64,000 nucleotides of DNA from Bacillales bacterium UBA5348 (lineage in GTDB: Bacteria > Bacillota_I > Bacilli_A > RF39 > UBA660): NCBI GenBank assembly GCA_002411005.1, contig DHQC01000009.1, positions 36,404 through 100,403 on the forward strand, read 5' to 3'. Position 1 is the first letter of the stretch. Each line of letters opens with the position of its first letter. The notes beneath the pieces were generated by a model. It was given only the letters and a program-made list of their open reading frames with translations. It had not been told where the DNA came from and did no database searches. Positions 53,427 to 62,734 of the stretch are shown here, in pieces. The position numbers and the translations under genes are program-made.

Positions 53427-54092
53427 GTGAATAAAGATAACATCAGGAAAATGGGCTATATCGTTCTACATAAATTATTGTTAAAAATAAAAGAATATAA
53501 TAAAGATAAATTGAAAGATAATTCTTATATTTTATGTCCCAATCATACAAGTGATTTTGACGGACCTGTTTTATGGACATCAAATAACAATATACGAATA
53601 ATGGCGAAAAAGGAATTATTTAAAAACAAATTAATGGCTAAATTTCTGAATAAAATGGATGTTGTTAGTGTTGACAGAAGCAAACATTCTGCCAGGGAAA
53701 TTATGCAAGCTGTTCGATATCTTAAAGAAGGATCAGAACATAAAGTATTTATGTTATTTCCTCAGGGAACTATATCCGATATTAATAAAAATGCTTTAGC
53801 TAGGATAAAAGAAGGAGCTTTTGTTATATCAGCTCTTTCAAAAACTCCAATTGTACCTGTTTTTATTGAACAACCACGTATTTTTAGGAGAAGTAGGATA
53901 GTATACGGTAATCAGCTTTCACTTGATATATTAGATGAGAAAGAAAAAATAGATCGAAAAAAACTTCTTGATGCTAGATTGATTTGGCAACAAGAAATTT
54001 TTAGGCTTCAACAAGAGGCTATCGAGTTAGAAAACAGACCTATTAGAAAAATCAAATTAAGTAAGAAACATGCAAATAATAACCAAGGTTAA
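53427..54092 (+). CDS. plsC: 1-acyl-sn-glycerol-3-phosphate acyltransferase
   Basis: HX4D motif (NHTSDFDG) and the FPQGT motif. Confidence 0.8.
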   Translation: MNKDNIRKMGYIVLHKLLLKIKEYNKDKLKDNSYILCPNHTSDFDGPVLWTSNNNIRIMAKKELFKNKLMAKFLNKMDVVSVDRSKHSAREIMQAVRYLKEGSEHKVFMLFPQGTISDINKNALARIKEGAFVISALSKTPIVPVFIEQPRIFRRSRIVYGNQLSLDILDEKEKIDRKKLLDARLIWQQEIFRLQQEAIELENRPIRKIKLSKKHANNNQG

Positions 54093-54097
54093 AAATA

Positions 54098-54565
54098 TTA
54101 TGATTGCTTATAATTGGCAATCATTTTTTTTATATTTGGCTCTGGTTCTTCTAAAAATGAAATGAATCTATTGAAACAGATTAATGTTTCATTACTAATA
54201 GTGTGTTCCATTTTTTCGGTTTCCTCTAATACGGTATTAGAATCAACTCCGAGAACAGTCAATAAATCTTCTATTATTTGGTGTCTTTTTAACAAGAAGT
54301 CACCTAATTTGGCCCCTTTTTTCTCTAATATAATAAGGCCATACTTTTCATATTTCAAAAGTTTTAATTTAGAAAGTTTTTGGACCATCATTGTTGCTGA
54401 CGGAGGTTGAACATTTAGGGCATTAGCAAGTTCATTGACTCTTGTAAATCCATTTTCTTTAGATAATCTGGAGATCATCTCCAAATAATCTTCCATTGCA
54501 GCGGTCATCTTTTTATCCGTTTGTTTCATGTATTTATCGAAGGTGTGAAATTCTTGCTTTTCCAT
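54098..54565 (-). CDS. mntR: DtxR/MntR family metal-dependent transcriptional regulator
   Basis: MEDYLEMISRL...VNELANALNVQPPSATMMVQKL HTH region. The ATG at 54565 is preceded by AAAGGAG. Divergent from mntH. Confidence 0.8.
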   Translation of the reverse strand: MEKQEFHTFDKYMKQTDKKMTAAMEDYLEMISRLSKENGFTRVNELANALNVQPPSATMMVQKLSKLKLLKYEKYGLIILEKKGAKLGDFLLKRHQIIEDLLTVLGVDSNTVLEETEKMEHTISNETLICFNRFISFLEEPEPNIKKMIANYKQS

Positions 54566-54648
54566 TATGAGCTCCTTTTGATTTAAAATATATGCTAAAT
54601 TATTATAAACCATGATAAAGGCATAGACAGATAAACGGACTTTTCATA

Positions 54649-54672
54649 AATTAGTATAGTCTAATAAGGTTA
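54649..54672. promoter_or_regulatory. Candidate MntR/DtxR-type operator (TTAG/CTAA half-sites)
   Basis: ATTAG-TATAGT-CTAAT overlaps CTAA-TAAGG-TTAG in the mntR-mntH intergenic region. Confidence 0.35.
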
Positions 54673-54708
54673 GTTGCAATTAACTTTTTTAAACTATAGG
54701 AGTGAATT

Positions 54709-55935
54709 ATGAATTTGTATGGTAAAAAGAATTATATAAAAAATATTTTTAAGTATCTAGGGCCTGCTTTTATTATTAGTGTTGCATATGTTGACCCTGG
54801 TAATTTTGCAACCAATATCACAGGGGGCTCTCTTTTTAATTATGATTTATTGTGGGTAATTTTAGCTAGTAATCTTATGGCAATATTTTTACAAATCAAT
54901 TCGGCTAAATTAGGTATCGCAACAGGAAAAAATTTACCTGAAATGTGTAGGGAAGAGTTTACTAAGAAAACTAACGTATTGCTTTGGGTTTTTGCAGAGT
55001 TGGCTGCGATAGCGACAACGATGGCGGAATTCCTAGGCGGGGCATTAGGGTTGTATCTTTTATTTAGAATTTCTTTACCGATAGCAGGATTATTAACATG
55101 TATTATTACATTTATGATAGTTTCAATGCAAAAATATGGTCAGAAGGTAATTGAAATAATTATTACTGTTTTTGTTGCAATAATATGTATAGGTTATGGT
55201 GTGGAAATGTTTTTAGCTGAACCTGATTGGATAGAAGTGGGAATTCATTCTATAATGCCTTCAATACCCAACAGTGAGGCATTATTAATTGCTGTTGGTA
55301 TGCTTGGAGCTACTGTTATGCCCCATGTAATATTTCTTCATTCACAATTGGTACAATCACGCAACAAAACTAATGACGTCAATGAAAAAAGAAGGCATTT
55401 GAAGATGGAAAAAATAGATATAGCTATAGCTATGAACATTGCCTTTCTTGTAAATGCATCTATGCTCATTGTCTCGGCTTCGGTTTTTTATACACAAGGC
55501 CTTGTTGTTGATTCAATTGAATTGGCACATCAATCGCTTGAACCATTATTAGGTATTTTATCCAGTACAGCTTTTGGTATAGCGTTATTAGCTTCAGGCT
55601 TCTCTTCATCTGTTGTGGGGACTATGGCTGGAGAATCAGTAATGGATGGATTTATCAATGTAAAAATATCTAGCAATTGGAAAAGGTTTATTACAATGGT
55701 TCCTGCTCTGTTGGTAATACTGAGTGGAGTAAATCCAATGCAAGCCCTAATTTTTAGCCAGGTCAGTTTGAGTTTTATTTTGCCTATGGCTGTTATTCCT
55801 CTCTTAATCATAACTAGTAAAAAAGAGGTGATGGGAGTCTTTACTAATACCAGAGTAGTAAAAACACTAGGTATAATAATAGCAACATTAATAATAATCC
55901 TAAATATATTTTTAATAATAAAGGCTTTTGTGTAA
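54709..55935 (+). CDS. mntH: Nramp family divalent metal (Mn2+/Fe2+) transporter
   Basis: VAYVDPGNFATN signature, about 11 TM helices, and MPHVIFLHS. Confidence 0.9.
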   Translation: MNLYGKKNYIKNIFKYLGPAFIISVAYVDPGNFATNITGGSLFNYDLLWVILASNLMAIFLQINSAKLGIATGKNLPEMCREEFTKKTNVLLWVFAELAAIATTMAEFLGGALGLYLLFRISLPIAGLLTCIITFMIVSMQKYGQKVIEIIITVFVAIICIGYGVEMFLAEPDWIEVGIHSIMPSIPNSEALLIAVGMLGATVMPHVIFLHSQLVQSRNKTNDVNEKRRHLKMEKIDIAIAMNIAFLVNASMLIVSASVFYTQGLVVDSIELAHQSLEPLLGILSSTAFGIALLASGFSSSVVGTMAGESVMDGFINVKISSNWKRFITMVPALLVILSGVNPMQALIFSQVSLSFILPMAVIPLLIITSKKEVMGVFTNTRVVKTLGIIIATLIIILNIFLIIKAFV

Positions 55936-55946
55936 AGTTTAGAAAA

Positions 55947-55973
55947 ATAGCACTCTCTCTTTGTGAGTGCTAA
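55947..55973. promoter_or_regulatory. CIRCE element (HrcA operator) ATAGCACTC-N9-GAGTGCTAA
   Basis: Perfect TAGCACTC/GAGTGCTA arms with a 9-nt spacer. An extended -10 box (TGTTATAAT, 55980-55988) follows directly. Confidence 0.8.
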
Positions 55974-56009
55974 AAGTTGTGTTATAATGATAATGGAAGG
56001 TGAGATAGA

Positions 56010-56396
56010 ATGAATTTAATTCCAAGAAGACTATATTGGGATAATCTGTTTGATGATTTCCTTATCTCAGGTACAAATAATTTAAAATGTGACATCTATG
56101 AAAAAGACAATACTTTTTTCTTAGAGGCCGATATTCCAGGCTTTAAAAAGGAAGATATTAACGTTGAAGCTGAGGACGGATACTTATTAATAAGTGCGTC
56201 TAAGGAAGAAGAAAAAAAGGAAGAGGATAAAAATTATCTTCGTCGTGAAAGATATTCCAGCTCATATGAAAGACAATTTTATTTAGGAAATATTGATGAA
56301 GACAACGTTAAAGCTGAATTTAAAGCTGGAACTCTAAAGATTATTGTACCTAAAAAAGAGGAACTTCCAAATAGTAAGAAAATTGAAATTGAATAA
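56010..56396 (+). CDS. Hsp20/alpha-crystallin family small heat-shock protein
   Basis: Alpha-crystallin core (DIYEKDNTFFLEADIPGFKKEDINVE...GTLKIIVPK). Confidence 0.85.
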   Translation: MNLIPRRLYWDNLFDDFLISGTNNLKCDIYEKDNTFFLEADIPGFKKEDINVEAEDGYLLISASKEEEKKEEDKNYLRRERYSSSYERQFYLGNIDEDNVKAEFKAGTLKIIVPKKEELPNSKKIEIE

Positions 56397-56407
56397 AAAA
56401 TAATAAT

Positions 56408-56427
56408 AGTCTAGATTAATCTAGACT
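56408..56427 (+). terminator. Stem-loop after hsp20
   Basis: AGTCTAGA-TTAA-TCTAGACT. The T-run is weak. Confidence 0.45.
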
Positions 56428-56554
56428 GTTATTGTGTAAATATTAATATCTAATATTTCTTATGTTTTATCATATAATGTATAGACAAAAGATATATAAT
56501 CATGTAAAATTATAGTTGAATAAGTAACATTTTGAATTTTAAGAAAGAAAAAAG

Positions 56555-56583
56555 TTGACAAAATGTAACTCTTGTGCTATTAT
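56555..56583 (+). promoter_or_regulatory. Promoter TTGACA-17 nt-(TGC)TATTAT
   Basis: Hexamers at 56555-56560 and 56578-56583, with an extended -10 TG. Confidence 0.6.
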
Positions 56584-56615
56584 AATGCCCAATAAATCAA
56601 AAGGGGGTTTTTGAT

Positions 56616-58199
56616 ATGTATAATGAAAGTGGATTTTCAGTAAAAGATTTTATTTTAAAAATAATATTAGTTGTATTATTTGTTTTCTTGTTGATGTGGT
56701 TATTTCCAATGCCAAATTTAAAACCTGTTTATGATAGGATTTATGCAGACAACATTGAAACTATGAAAGATGCAGCTAAGAGTTATTACACAGTTGAGAG
56801 ATTGCCTAAAGATGTAAATGACTCTGTTAGAATGACATTAAATGAAATGCTTGCAATGAAATTATTATTACCAATAGCAGATTCAGATGACGTTTTATGT
56901 GATGGTCAAGCATCATTTGTCGAAATAATGAAATCAGATACCGAATATATTGTTAAAACTAATTTAACATGTTCTAATAAGTCTGATTATGTAATTGAAT
57001 ATATGGGTTGTTATGACCTTTGTGGAGACAAATGTGTTGAGGAGGAAGCTCCTGTTGCCGTAGCTCCGACAGTTAAAAAGACTACAAAAACAGTTGTAAA
57101 ACAACCTGTTAAGAAAGATCCTGTTAAAAAACCTGTTGTTGAATATGTAACCATGTATCAATTAAAAAGAGATTGGTATAAAGGTTATACAACTAATACA
57201 ACAGCAGCTACAACACAATATAAACATGTGAAATATGGAACTGAAACGGTATTTAAAGGTTATGACTATTCATGTCCGTCAGGTTATGGGGATAGACAAG
57301 GCGATACTTGTTATAAATATGATACAGATTATGAATATACATGTTCAGAAGGCACATTGGTAGGTAGTCAATGTAAAACTACAACTACAACATACAGTTA
57401 TTCATGTCCATCAGGATATTCACAAAGTGGTAGTGGTTCTAACACGAAATGTTCAAAAGAAGATTCTACTAGTAGCTACTATTGTACAACTGGCACATTA
57501 GTGGGTAGTCAATGTAAGGTTGCTAATGTAACATATAGTTACTCATGTCCATCAGGATATTCACAAAGTGGTAGTTCATGTTCTAAGAGTGTATATAATG
57601 GAACATCTAAAGTATATCAAGGTACTGGTGAAGGAAAATATATTCCTTCAAGTAATTCTACATATAGTTATGTAAGTACTGGTGCTAGATCTGTTAAAGA
57701 TTGTAATGCATGTGCTTCATATTATGTATACACATATAAGATTTACAAGAATGTAGCTTCTTATAGCACGGTTTATGCTAGTCCAACTAGTACACCTACT
57801 ACAACATATAGTTATGTTCCTGCAAAATTGAATAGTTCATCAAATACTACTACAACAGCACCTATTGTAACTCCTAAAACTAAAACACATTATAGTTCAG
57901 CTCAATTGAATACGTCGACAGATGTAAGAAGTAGAGCAGCAACTAAGACAGCTCAATATGATTATCGTACATATGTTGAAGACAGCAAATGGACTTATAA
58001 TTCATATGAAAAGGGATATACAATGGTAGATCAAAAGACTATTCCTGGTGATACAACGAAGGTATATACACCGGATTGGGTATTAACTTTACCTGCTGGT
58101 TATGTAAGAACCGAAATTAATACTGAATATAAGTGGTCAAACACAAATGCAGAAAACGGTTGGATATATACAGGTGTAACTAAAAAAATTCAAAAGTAA
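56616..58199 (+). CDS. Pilin-like N-terminus fused to a Cys-repeat, Thr/Ser-rich surface domain
   Basis: MYNESG/FSVKDFILKIILVVLFVFLLMW (short leader, Gly, hydrophobic helix), a Pro/Lys/Val-rich linker, and 47-aa Cys-containing repeats (YSYSCPSGYSQSGS... / C..GTLVGSQCK). Confidence 0.55.
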   Translation: MYNESGFSVKDFILKIILVVLFVFLLMWLFPMPNLKPVYDRIYADNIETMKDAAKSYYTVERLPKDVNDSVRMTLNEMLAMKLLLPIADSDDVLCDGQASFVEIMKSDTEYIVKTNLTCSNKSDYVIEYMGCYDLCGDKCVEEEAPVAVAPTVKKTTKTVVKQPVKKDPVKKPVVEYVTMYQLKRDWYKGYTTNTTAATTQYKHVKYGTETVFKGYDYSCPSGYGDRQGDTCYKYDTDYEYTCSEGTLVGSQCKTTTTTYSYSCPSGYSQSGSGSNTKCSKEDSTSSYYCTTGTLVGSQCKVANVTYSYSCPSGYSQSGSSCSKSVYNGTSKVYQGTGEGKYIPSSNSTYSYVSTGARSVKDCNACASYYVYTYKIYKNVASYSTVYASPTSTPTTTYSYVPAKLNSSSNTTTTAPIVTPKTKTHYSSAQLNTSTDVRSRAATKTAQYDYRTYVEDSKWTYNSYEKGYTMVDQKTIPGDTTKVYTPDWVLTLPAGYVRTEINTEYKWSNTNAENGWIYTGVTKKIQK

Positions 58200-58212
58200 T
58201 AGTTTTATAAAC

Positions 58213-58246
58213 AAAAGCAAAGATTAAATCTTTGCTTTTTTCTTTT
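58213..58246 (+). terminator. Rho-independent terminator
   Basis: AAAAGCAAAGAT-TAA-ATCTTTGCTTTT followed by a T-run. Confidence 0.75.
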
Positions 58247-58305
58247 TAGCGAAAAATGGTTGTATAAACTAAAATTAAGATGCTATAATATAATAGGTGA
58301 TAGTT

Positions 58306-58758
58306 ATGGAATATAAAGTTACAACAAGAAATGAAACTGAGACAATTGCATTAGCACAGAATGTTGAAGCAGAAAAATTTCCTAATATGGTTATTTGTCT
58401 AGAAGGAGATTTAGGAAGTGGTAAAACAGTATTTGCGAAAGGGTTTGCTTCCTCTCTTGGAATAGAAGAAGTAATTACTTCTCCAACATTTAATATAATA
58501 AAAGAATATAATGTTGGAGAGTTGCCACTTTTTCATATGGATGTTTATCGCTTGGATGGTGATGTAAGTAGCCTTGGTTTAGAGGAATACTATAACAAAG
58601 ATGGTATTGTAATTATTGAGTGGGCTGATATAATTCGTGATTATTTGCCTAAAGAACGTTTAGAAATAAAAATTAAGGTAATTGATGAGGATACAAGAAT
58701 TTTTATTTTTAAGCCTTATGGAAAAATATATGAAGATATATGTGAGGCGGTATTATGA
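58306..58758 (+). CDS. tsaE: tRNA t6A37 biosynthesis ATPase TsaE
   Basis: GDLGSGKT Walker A and SPTFNI motif. Operon with tsaB-rimI-tsaD. Confidence 0.9.
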   Translation: MEYKVTTRNETETIALAQNVEAEKFPNMVICLEGDLGSGKTVFAKGFASSLGIEEVITSPTFNIIKEYNVGELPLFHMDVYRLDGDVSSLGLEEYYNKDGIVIIEWADIIRDYLPKERLEIKIKVIDEDTRIFIFKPYGKIYEDICEAVL

Positions 58759-59390
58759 AGTATCTCTTCATTGATACATCAACCCACGACTTAACGGTTG
58801 CTGTATTGTCTAATGAGGAGATTCTTGGAATTTCTACATCACACAATACCAACGAACATTCTAAATATGCTTTAACTGATCTAGAAAATACCTTTAAAAA
58901 AGCAAAGTTGACTCCAAATGACATTGATAAGGTAATGGTTGTAAATGGACCAGGATCATTTACGGGGATAAGAATTGGTGTTACTATTGCAAAAACCTTT
59001 GCTTGGGCCTTAAAAAAGGACGTTATACCAGTCTCTAGTTTATTAGGATATGCTCTTGGTTATAGCGGATATGATTACTATGTATCTGTTTTAGATGCTA
59101 GAAGAGGATATGTATATGGAGCAATATATAACAGTAATTATGAGGTTGTATTAGGTGAACAATATATTATTATTGATGAATTAAATAATGTTATCTCTTC
59201 ATTGAATGGAGATATTTTAATTACTGGTGATATAGATATTAACGATACAGGAACAAGCCCGATATTAATTGATGCTGTTAGAATAATTAATTATTATAAA
59301 AATAAGCAGGCTGTTCCTGCACATTCTTTGAATCCACATTATTTAAAAAGGGTTGAGGCTGAGGAAAAGATGATGGAGGTGATTGAATGA
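58755..59390 (+). CDS. tsaB: tRNA t6A37 biosynthesis protein TsaB
   Basis: LFIDTST.., GPGSFTGIRIG motif. ATGA overlap with tsaE. Confidence 0.9.
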   Translation: MKYLFIDTSTHDLTVAVLSNEEILGISTSHNTNEHSKYALTDLENTFKKAKLTPNDIDKVMVVNGPGSFTGIRIGVTIAKTFAWALKKDVIPVSSLLGYALGYSGYDYYVSVLDARRGYVYGAIYNSNYEVVLGEQYIIIDELNNVISSLNGDILITGDIDINDTGTSPILIDAVRIINYYKNKQAVPAHSLNPHYLKRVEAEEKMMEVIE

Positions 59391-59797
59391 TAAGGGATTT
59401 TACACCTGATGATATCGTATATATTGGGCAAATAGGAACTAAATTTAATCCAAATTATAAATTCAAAATAAACCCCTATACTAGATGCTTTGTTTATGAA
59501 ATAGAAAAAAAAGTGGTAGGATTTATAACTTTTTCTATAATTTATGAAAAAGCAGAAATTATAGATTTAGCAGTTAAAGAAGACTTCCAAAGGAAGCATA
59601 TTGGTTCGGATTTATTGAATGCCGTTATCAAAGAGTGTGTTTCTCATAAATGCGAAAGTCTTACTTTAGAGGTTAGGACTACTAATCAAAGTGCTATATC
59701 ATTATATAAAAAACATGGTTTTAGGGAGATTTCAATGAGAAAAAGCTATTATCATGATGGAGAAGATGCTTTAGTTATGATAAAGATGGTGATTTAA
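59387..59797 (+). CDS. rimI: Ribosomal-protein-alanine N-acetyltransferase (GNAT)
   Basis: GNAT motif A (QRKHIGSDLL). Position between tsaB and tsaD. Confidence 0.8.
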   Translation: MIRDFTPDDIVYIGQIGTKFNPNYKFKINPYTRCFVYEIEKKVVGFITFSIIYEKAEIIDLAVKEDFQRKHIGSDLLNAVIKECVSHKCESLTLEVRTTNQSAISLYKKHGFREISMRKSYYHDGEDALVMIKMVI

Positions 59798-60825
59798 TGA
59801 AAGATAAATATATATTAGGAATTGAATCTAGTTGTGATGAAACAAGTGCAAGTATTGTAAAAAATGGTACTGAGGAAATTAGTACAGTTGTATTGTCACA
59901 AATGGATATCCACAAAGTATTTGGTGGTGTTGTTCCTGAAATAGCAAGCCGTAATCATGTTGAAAATATTACAATGGTAATTGAAGAAACGCTTGAAAAA
60001 GCTAATATGGAATTAAAAGATATTGACGCTATTGGTGTCACTTATGGCCCAGGTTTAATTGGATCGTTATTAATAGGTTTACAAGCTGCGAAAACATTAT
60101 CTTTTACACATGACAAGCCTTTAATTCCGGTACATCATATAGCAGGGCATATATATGCTAATAAGTTAGTAACTGACTTTAAGTTTCCGTTAATTGCTTT
60201 AGTTGTAAGTGGCGGACATACAGACTTGATATATATGGAGGAAGAATATTCTTTTAAAAAGATTGGTGGAACATTGGATGATGCAGTAGGAGAGGCTTAT
60301 GATAAAGTTGCTAAAGTAATAGGTCTTGCTTATCCTGGTGGTCCAATAATTGATAAATTAGCTCAAATAGGTAATGATACATATACTTTGCCAGCACCGT
60401 TAGATGATGATAGCAATAATTTCAGTTTTAGTGGCTTAAAAAGTGCTGTTATTAATTTAGTTCATAATGAAGAGCAAAGAGGAAATATTATAAATCAAGA
60501 GGATTTAGCTAAATCTTTTCAATCTAGAGTTATATATATATTGACTAAGAAAACAATGCGAGTTTTAGAGGAATATGGTGTTTCTACCCTGTTATTAGCT
60601 GGTGGGGTATCGGCTAATAAAGGACTTAGAGAGGAATTTGCTAAGTTGTGTAGCGAAAGAAATATAAATTTTGTTGTTCCACCTATGAAATATTGCACTG
60701 ATAATGCAGCGATGATAGCATCGTCAGCTTATTATGCATATGAAAAGGGACTAACAGCAGATTTGTCACTAAATGCAATAGCCACCACTTCCTTAGAAAA
60801 GATTGGAGATGTTAAAAGTGAATAA
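59797..60825 (+). CDS. tsaD: tRNA N6-adenosine threonylcarbamoyltransferase TsaD
   Basis: GIESSCDETS, VHHIAGHI and GGVSAN motifs. Confidence 0.95.
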   Translation: MKDKYILGIESSCDETSASIVKNGTEEISTVVLSQMDIHKVFGGVVPEIASRNHVENITMVIEETLEKANMELKDIDAIGVTYGPGLIGSLLIGLQAAKTLSFTHDKPLIPVHHIAGHIYANKLVTDFKFPLIALVVSGGHTDLIYMEEEYSFKKIGGTLDDAVGEAYDKVAKVIGLAYPGGPIIDKLAQIGNDTYTLPAPLDDDSNNFSFSGLKSAVINLVHNEEQRGNIINQEDLAKSFQSRVIYILTKKTMRVLEEYGVSTLLLAGGVSANKGLREEFAKLCSERNINFVVPPMKYCTDNAAMIASSAYYAYEKGLTADLSLNAIATTSLEKIGDVKSE

Positions 60826-61183
60826 AAAAGCCTTTACTCTTATCGAAGTACTAGCAACTATTGTTATTTTGGGTGTCTTATCAGCTATAGTATTTATTAA
60901 CGTGAATGGGTATATTCAAACATCAAGAGAAACATCTTATGATACACTCGTGAAAACGATTAAATTGTCAGCAGAATTATATGTTTCTGAACATAGTAAT
61001 GAATTCCCACAATTAGAAGTGTCTGGTTCAATGTTTTATATTGAACTTATTGATTTAGTGAATGCTGATTATCTAGACGAACCTATCGTAGATGAACGAA
61101 CAGGGGAGGAAATCCCCTTAACAACGAAGGTTAATATAACGGTTATTAATAAAAATGATATTACAATAGATTTAGATTATTAA
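60818..61183 (+). CDS. Type IV pilin-like protein with a prepilin N-terminal cleavage/methylation motif
   Basis: MNKKA/FTLIEVLATIVILGVLSAIV. The GTG at 60818 lies 9 nt after GGAG and overlaps the tsaD stop. Alternative starts are the ATG at 60809 or the TTG at 60803. Confidence 0.7.
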   Translation: MNKKAFTLIEVLATIVILGVLSAIVFINVNGYIQTSRETSYDTLVKTIKLSAELYVSEHSNEFPQLEVSGSMFYIELIDLVNADYLDEPIVDERTGEEIPLTTKVNITVINKNDITIDLDY

Positions 61184-61185
61184 AT

Positions 61186-61218
61186 AAAAAAGTTAATTAT
61201 ATTTAATTAACTTTTTTT
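61186..61218. terminator. Bidirectional terminator between convergent genes
   Basis: AAAAAAGTTAATTA-loop-TAATTAACTTTTTT. Confidence 0.6.
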
Positions 61219-61981
61219 CTATAATGATAATAATATAATACATGATAAAAGATATGATACATAACAGAACAATTCCTGTCATTACAAGGTTTAGATTGAA
61301 GACTTGTGAACCATACATAATTAGATAACCAATACCCTCTTTTGATACTAATAATTCGCCCATAATTACCCCTATTAAGGACATGCTTATATTTATTTTT
61401 AAAGCATTGAAGATATTGTTCATGTTTCCTGGCAGTATTAAGTAAATAAACAATTGCAATTTAGTTACATTAAAACTTTTAAGTAATTTTATTTTATTTT
61501 CATCAGTACTACTAAATCCGTGATAAACGGTGATAATAGTAATAATTACAGATATTAAAAGAGCCATTATAATAATAGAAGACATATTAGCCCCGGCCCA
61601 TATTATAAGAATTGGACCCAAAGCCACTTTAGGTAAGCTATTTAGAACAGTTAAATATGGATTTAAAACTTTTGCGAAAAAGTTGTTCCACCACATTATC
61701 GAAGCTATTAGAATTCCTATAATGGTACCTAAACCAAAACTAATAAATGTTTCATATGCAGTGATAAGAATATGATTAAAAAGCGTTCCTTCATTATATA
61801 ATTCGATTATAGTTTTAATGATATTACTTGGACTAGATGTTAGAAAAGGATTTATCAAAGAATAATAGCTCGCGGCTTCCCATGCTGCAATAAAGGTTAT
61901 AAAGATAATGATTTGTGTCAAGAGTACTAGTCTTTTTTTTCTATTCCTTTTCTTAAGATATAACTTATGTTCATCAGACAT
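61193..61981 (-). CDS. ABC transporter permease (NitT/TauT family)
   Basis: About 6 TM helices. The SFNVTKLQLF...PG.. segment resembles the EAA-loop region. Operon with the ATPase and the NMT1-like binding protein. Confidence 0.75.
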   Translation of the reverse strand: MSDEHKLYLKKRNRKKRLVLLTQIIIFITFIAAWEAASYYSLINPFLTSSPSNIIKTIIELYNEGTLFNHILITAYETFISFGLGTIIGILIASIMWWNNFFAKVLNPYLTVLNSLPKVALGPILIIWAGANMSSIIIMALLISVIITIITVYHGFSSTDENKIKLLKSFNVTKLQLFIYLILPGNMNNIFNALKINISMSLIGVIMGELLVSKEGIGYLIMYGSQVFNLNLVMTGIVLLCIISFIMYYIIIIIEKKLIKYN

Positions 61982-62723
61982 GGATATCTAAATCCTTCCA
62001 GATAGTTTTGTAATACGAATTAAATTTTTCATCAGTACGTCTATCAATTGGATTGTCATATTGGTTTAACTCAATTTTATAAATATTTTTAATAACAGAT
62101 GGTCTATTACTTAAAACGATAACGATGTCAGCCATGCTTATGGCTTCACTTATATCGTGTGTTACCATTATTGTAGTTTTCTTTTCCCTTTTTATTATTT
62201 TATAAACATCATTAGAAACTTCTAATCTAGTTTGATAGTCAAGTGATGAGAATGCCTCATCTAATAATAAAATATCGGGATTAATAGCAAGTGTTCTAAT
62301 CAAGGCAACTCTTTGTCTCATGCCTCCAGATAAAGCTGCAGGATAGTAATTGACAAAGTCGCTTAGACCATAGGTTTTTATAAGTTCCATTACTTTTCGC
62401 TTAGTTTCTTTATTTAAATTACCATTTATTTTTAAACCTAGTAGTGAATTGTCTAGAACATTAAGCCAAGGAAATAAGGTATCTTGTTGTAACATGTAAC
62501 CAAACTGTATATTTTCTTTACAAAATGTTAATTCTCCATTTGATTTGTTTTCTATATTACATAAGATTGATAGAATTGTTGATTTACCACAACCTGAAGG
62601 ACCTACAATAGCAACAAAAGTGCCTTCATTTAATGAAAATGTAAAATTTTTTATAGCCTCTATTTCGCCATTGTCGGTATGATATTTCTTTCGTAAATTC
62701 TTTATATCTAGAAGTGTTTTCAT
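61974..62723 (-). CDS. ABC transporter ATP-binding protein (NitT/TauT family)
   Basis: Walker A GPSGCGKST, signature LSGGMRQR, and Walker B LLLDEAFS. The ATG at 62723 is preferred over the TTG at 62732. Confidence 0.9.
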   Translation of the reverse strand: MKTLLDIKNLRKKYHTDNGEIEAIKNFTFSLNEGTFVAIVGPSGCGKSTILSILCNIENKSNGELTFCKENIQFGYMLQQDTLFPWLNVLDNSLLGLKINGNLNKETKRKVMELIKTYGLSDFVNYYPAALSGGMRQRVALIRTLAINPDILLLDEAFSSLDYQTRLEVSNDVYKIIKREKKTTIMVTHDISEAISMADIVIVLSNRPSVIKNIYKIELNQYDNPIDRRTDEKFNSYYKTIWKDLDIHV

Positions 62724-62734
62724 CGTAAACAATC

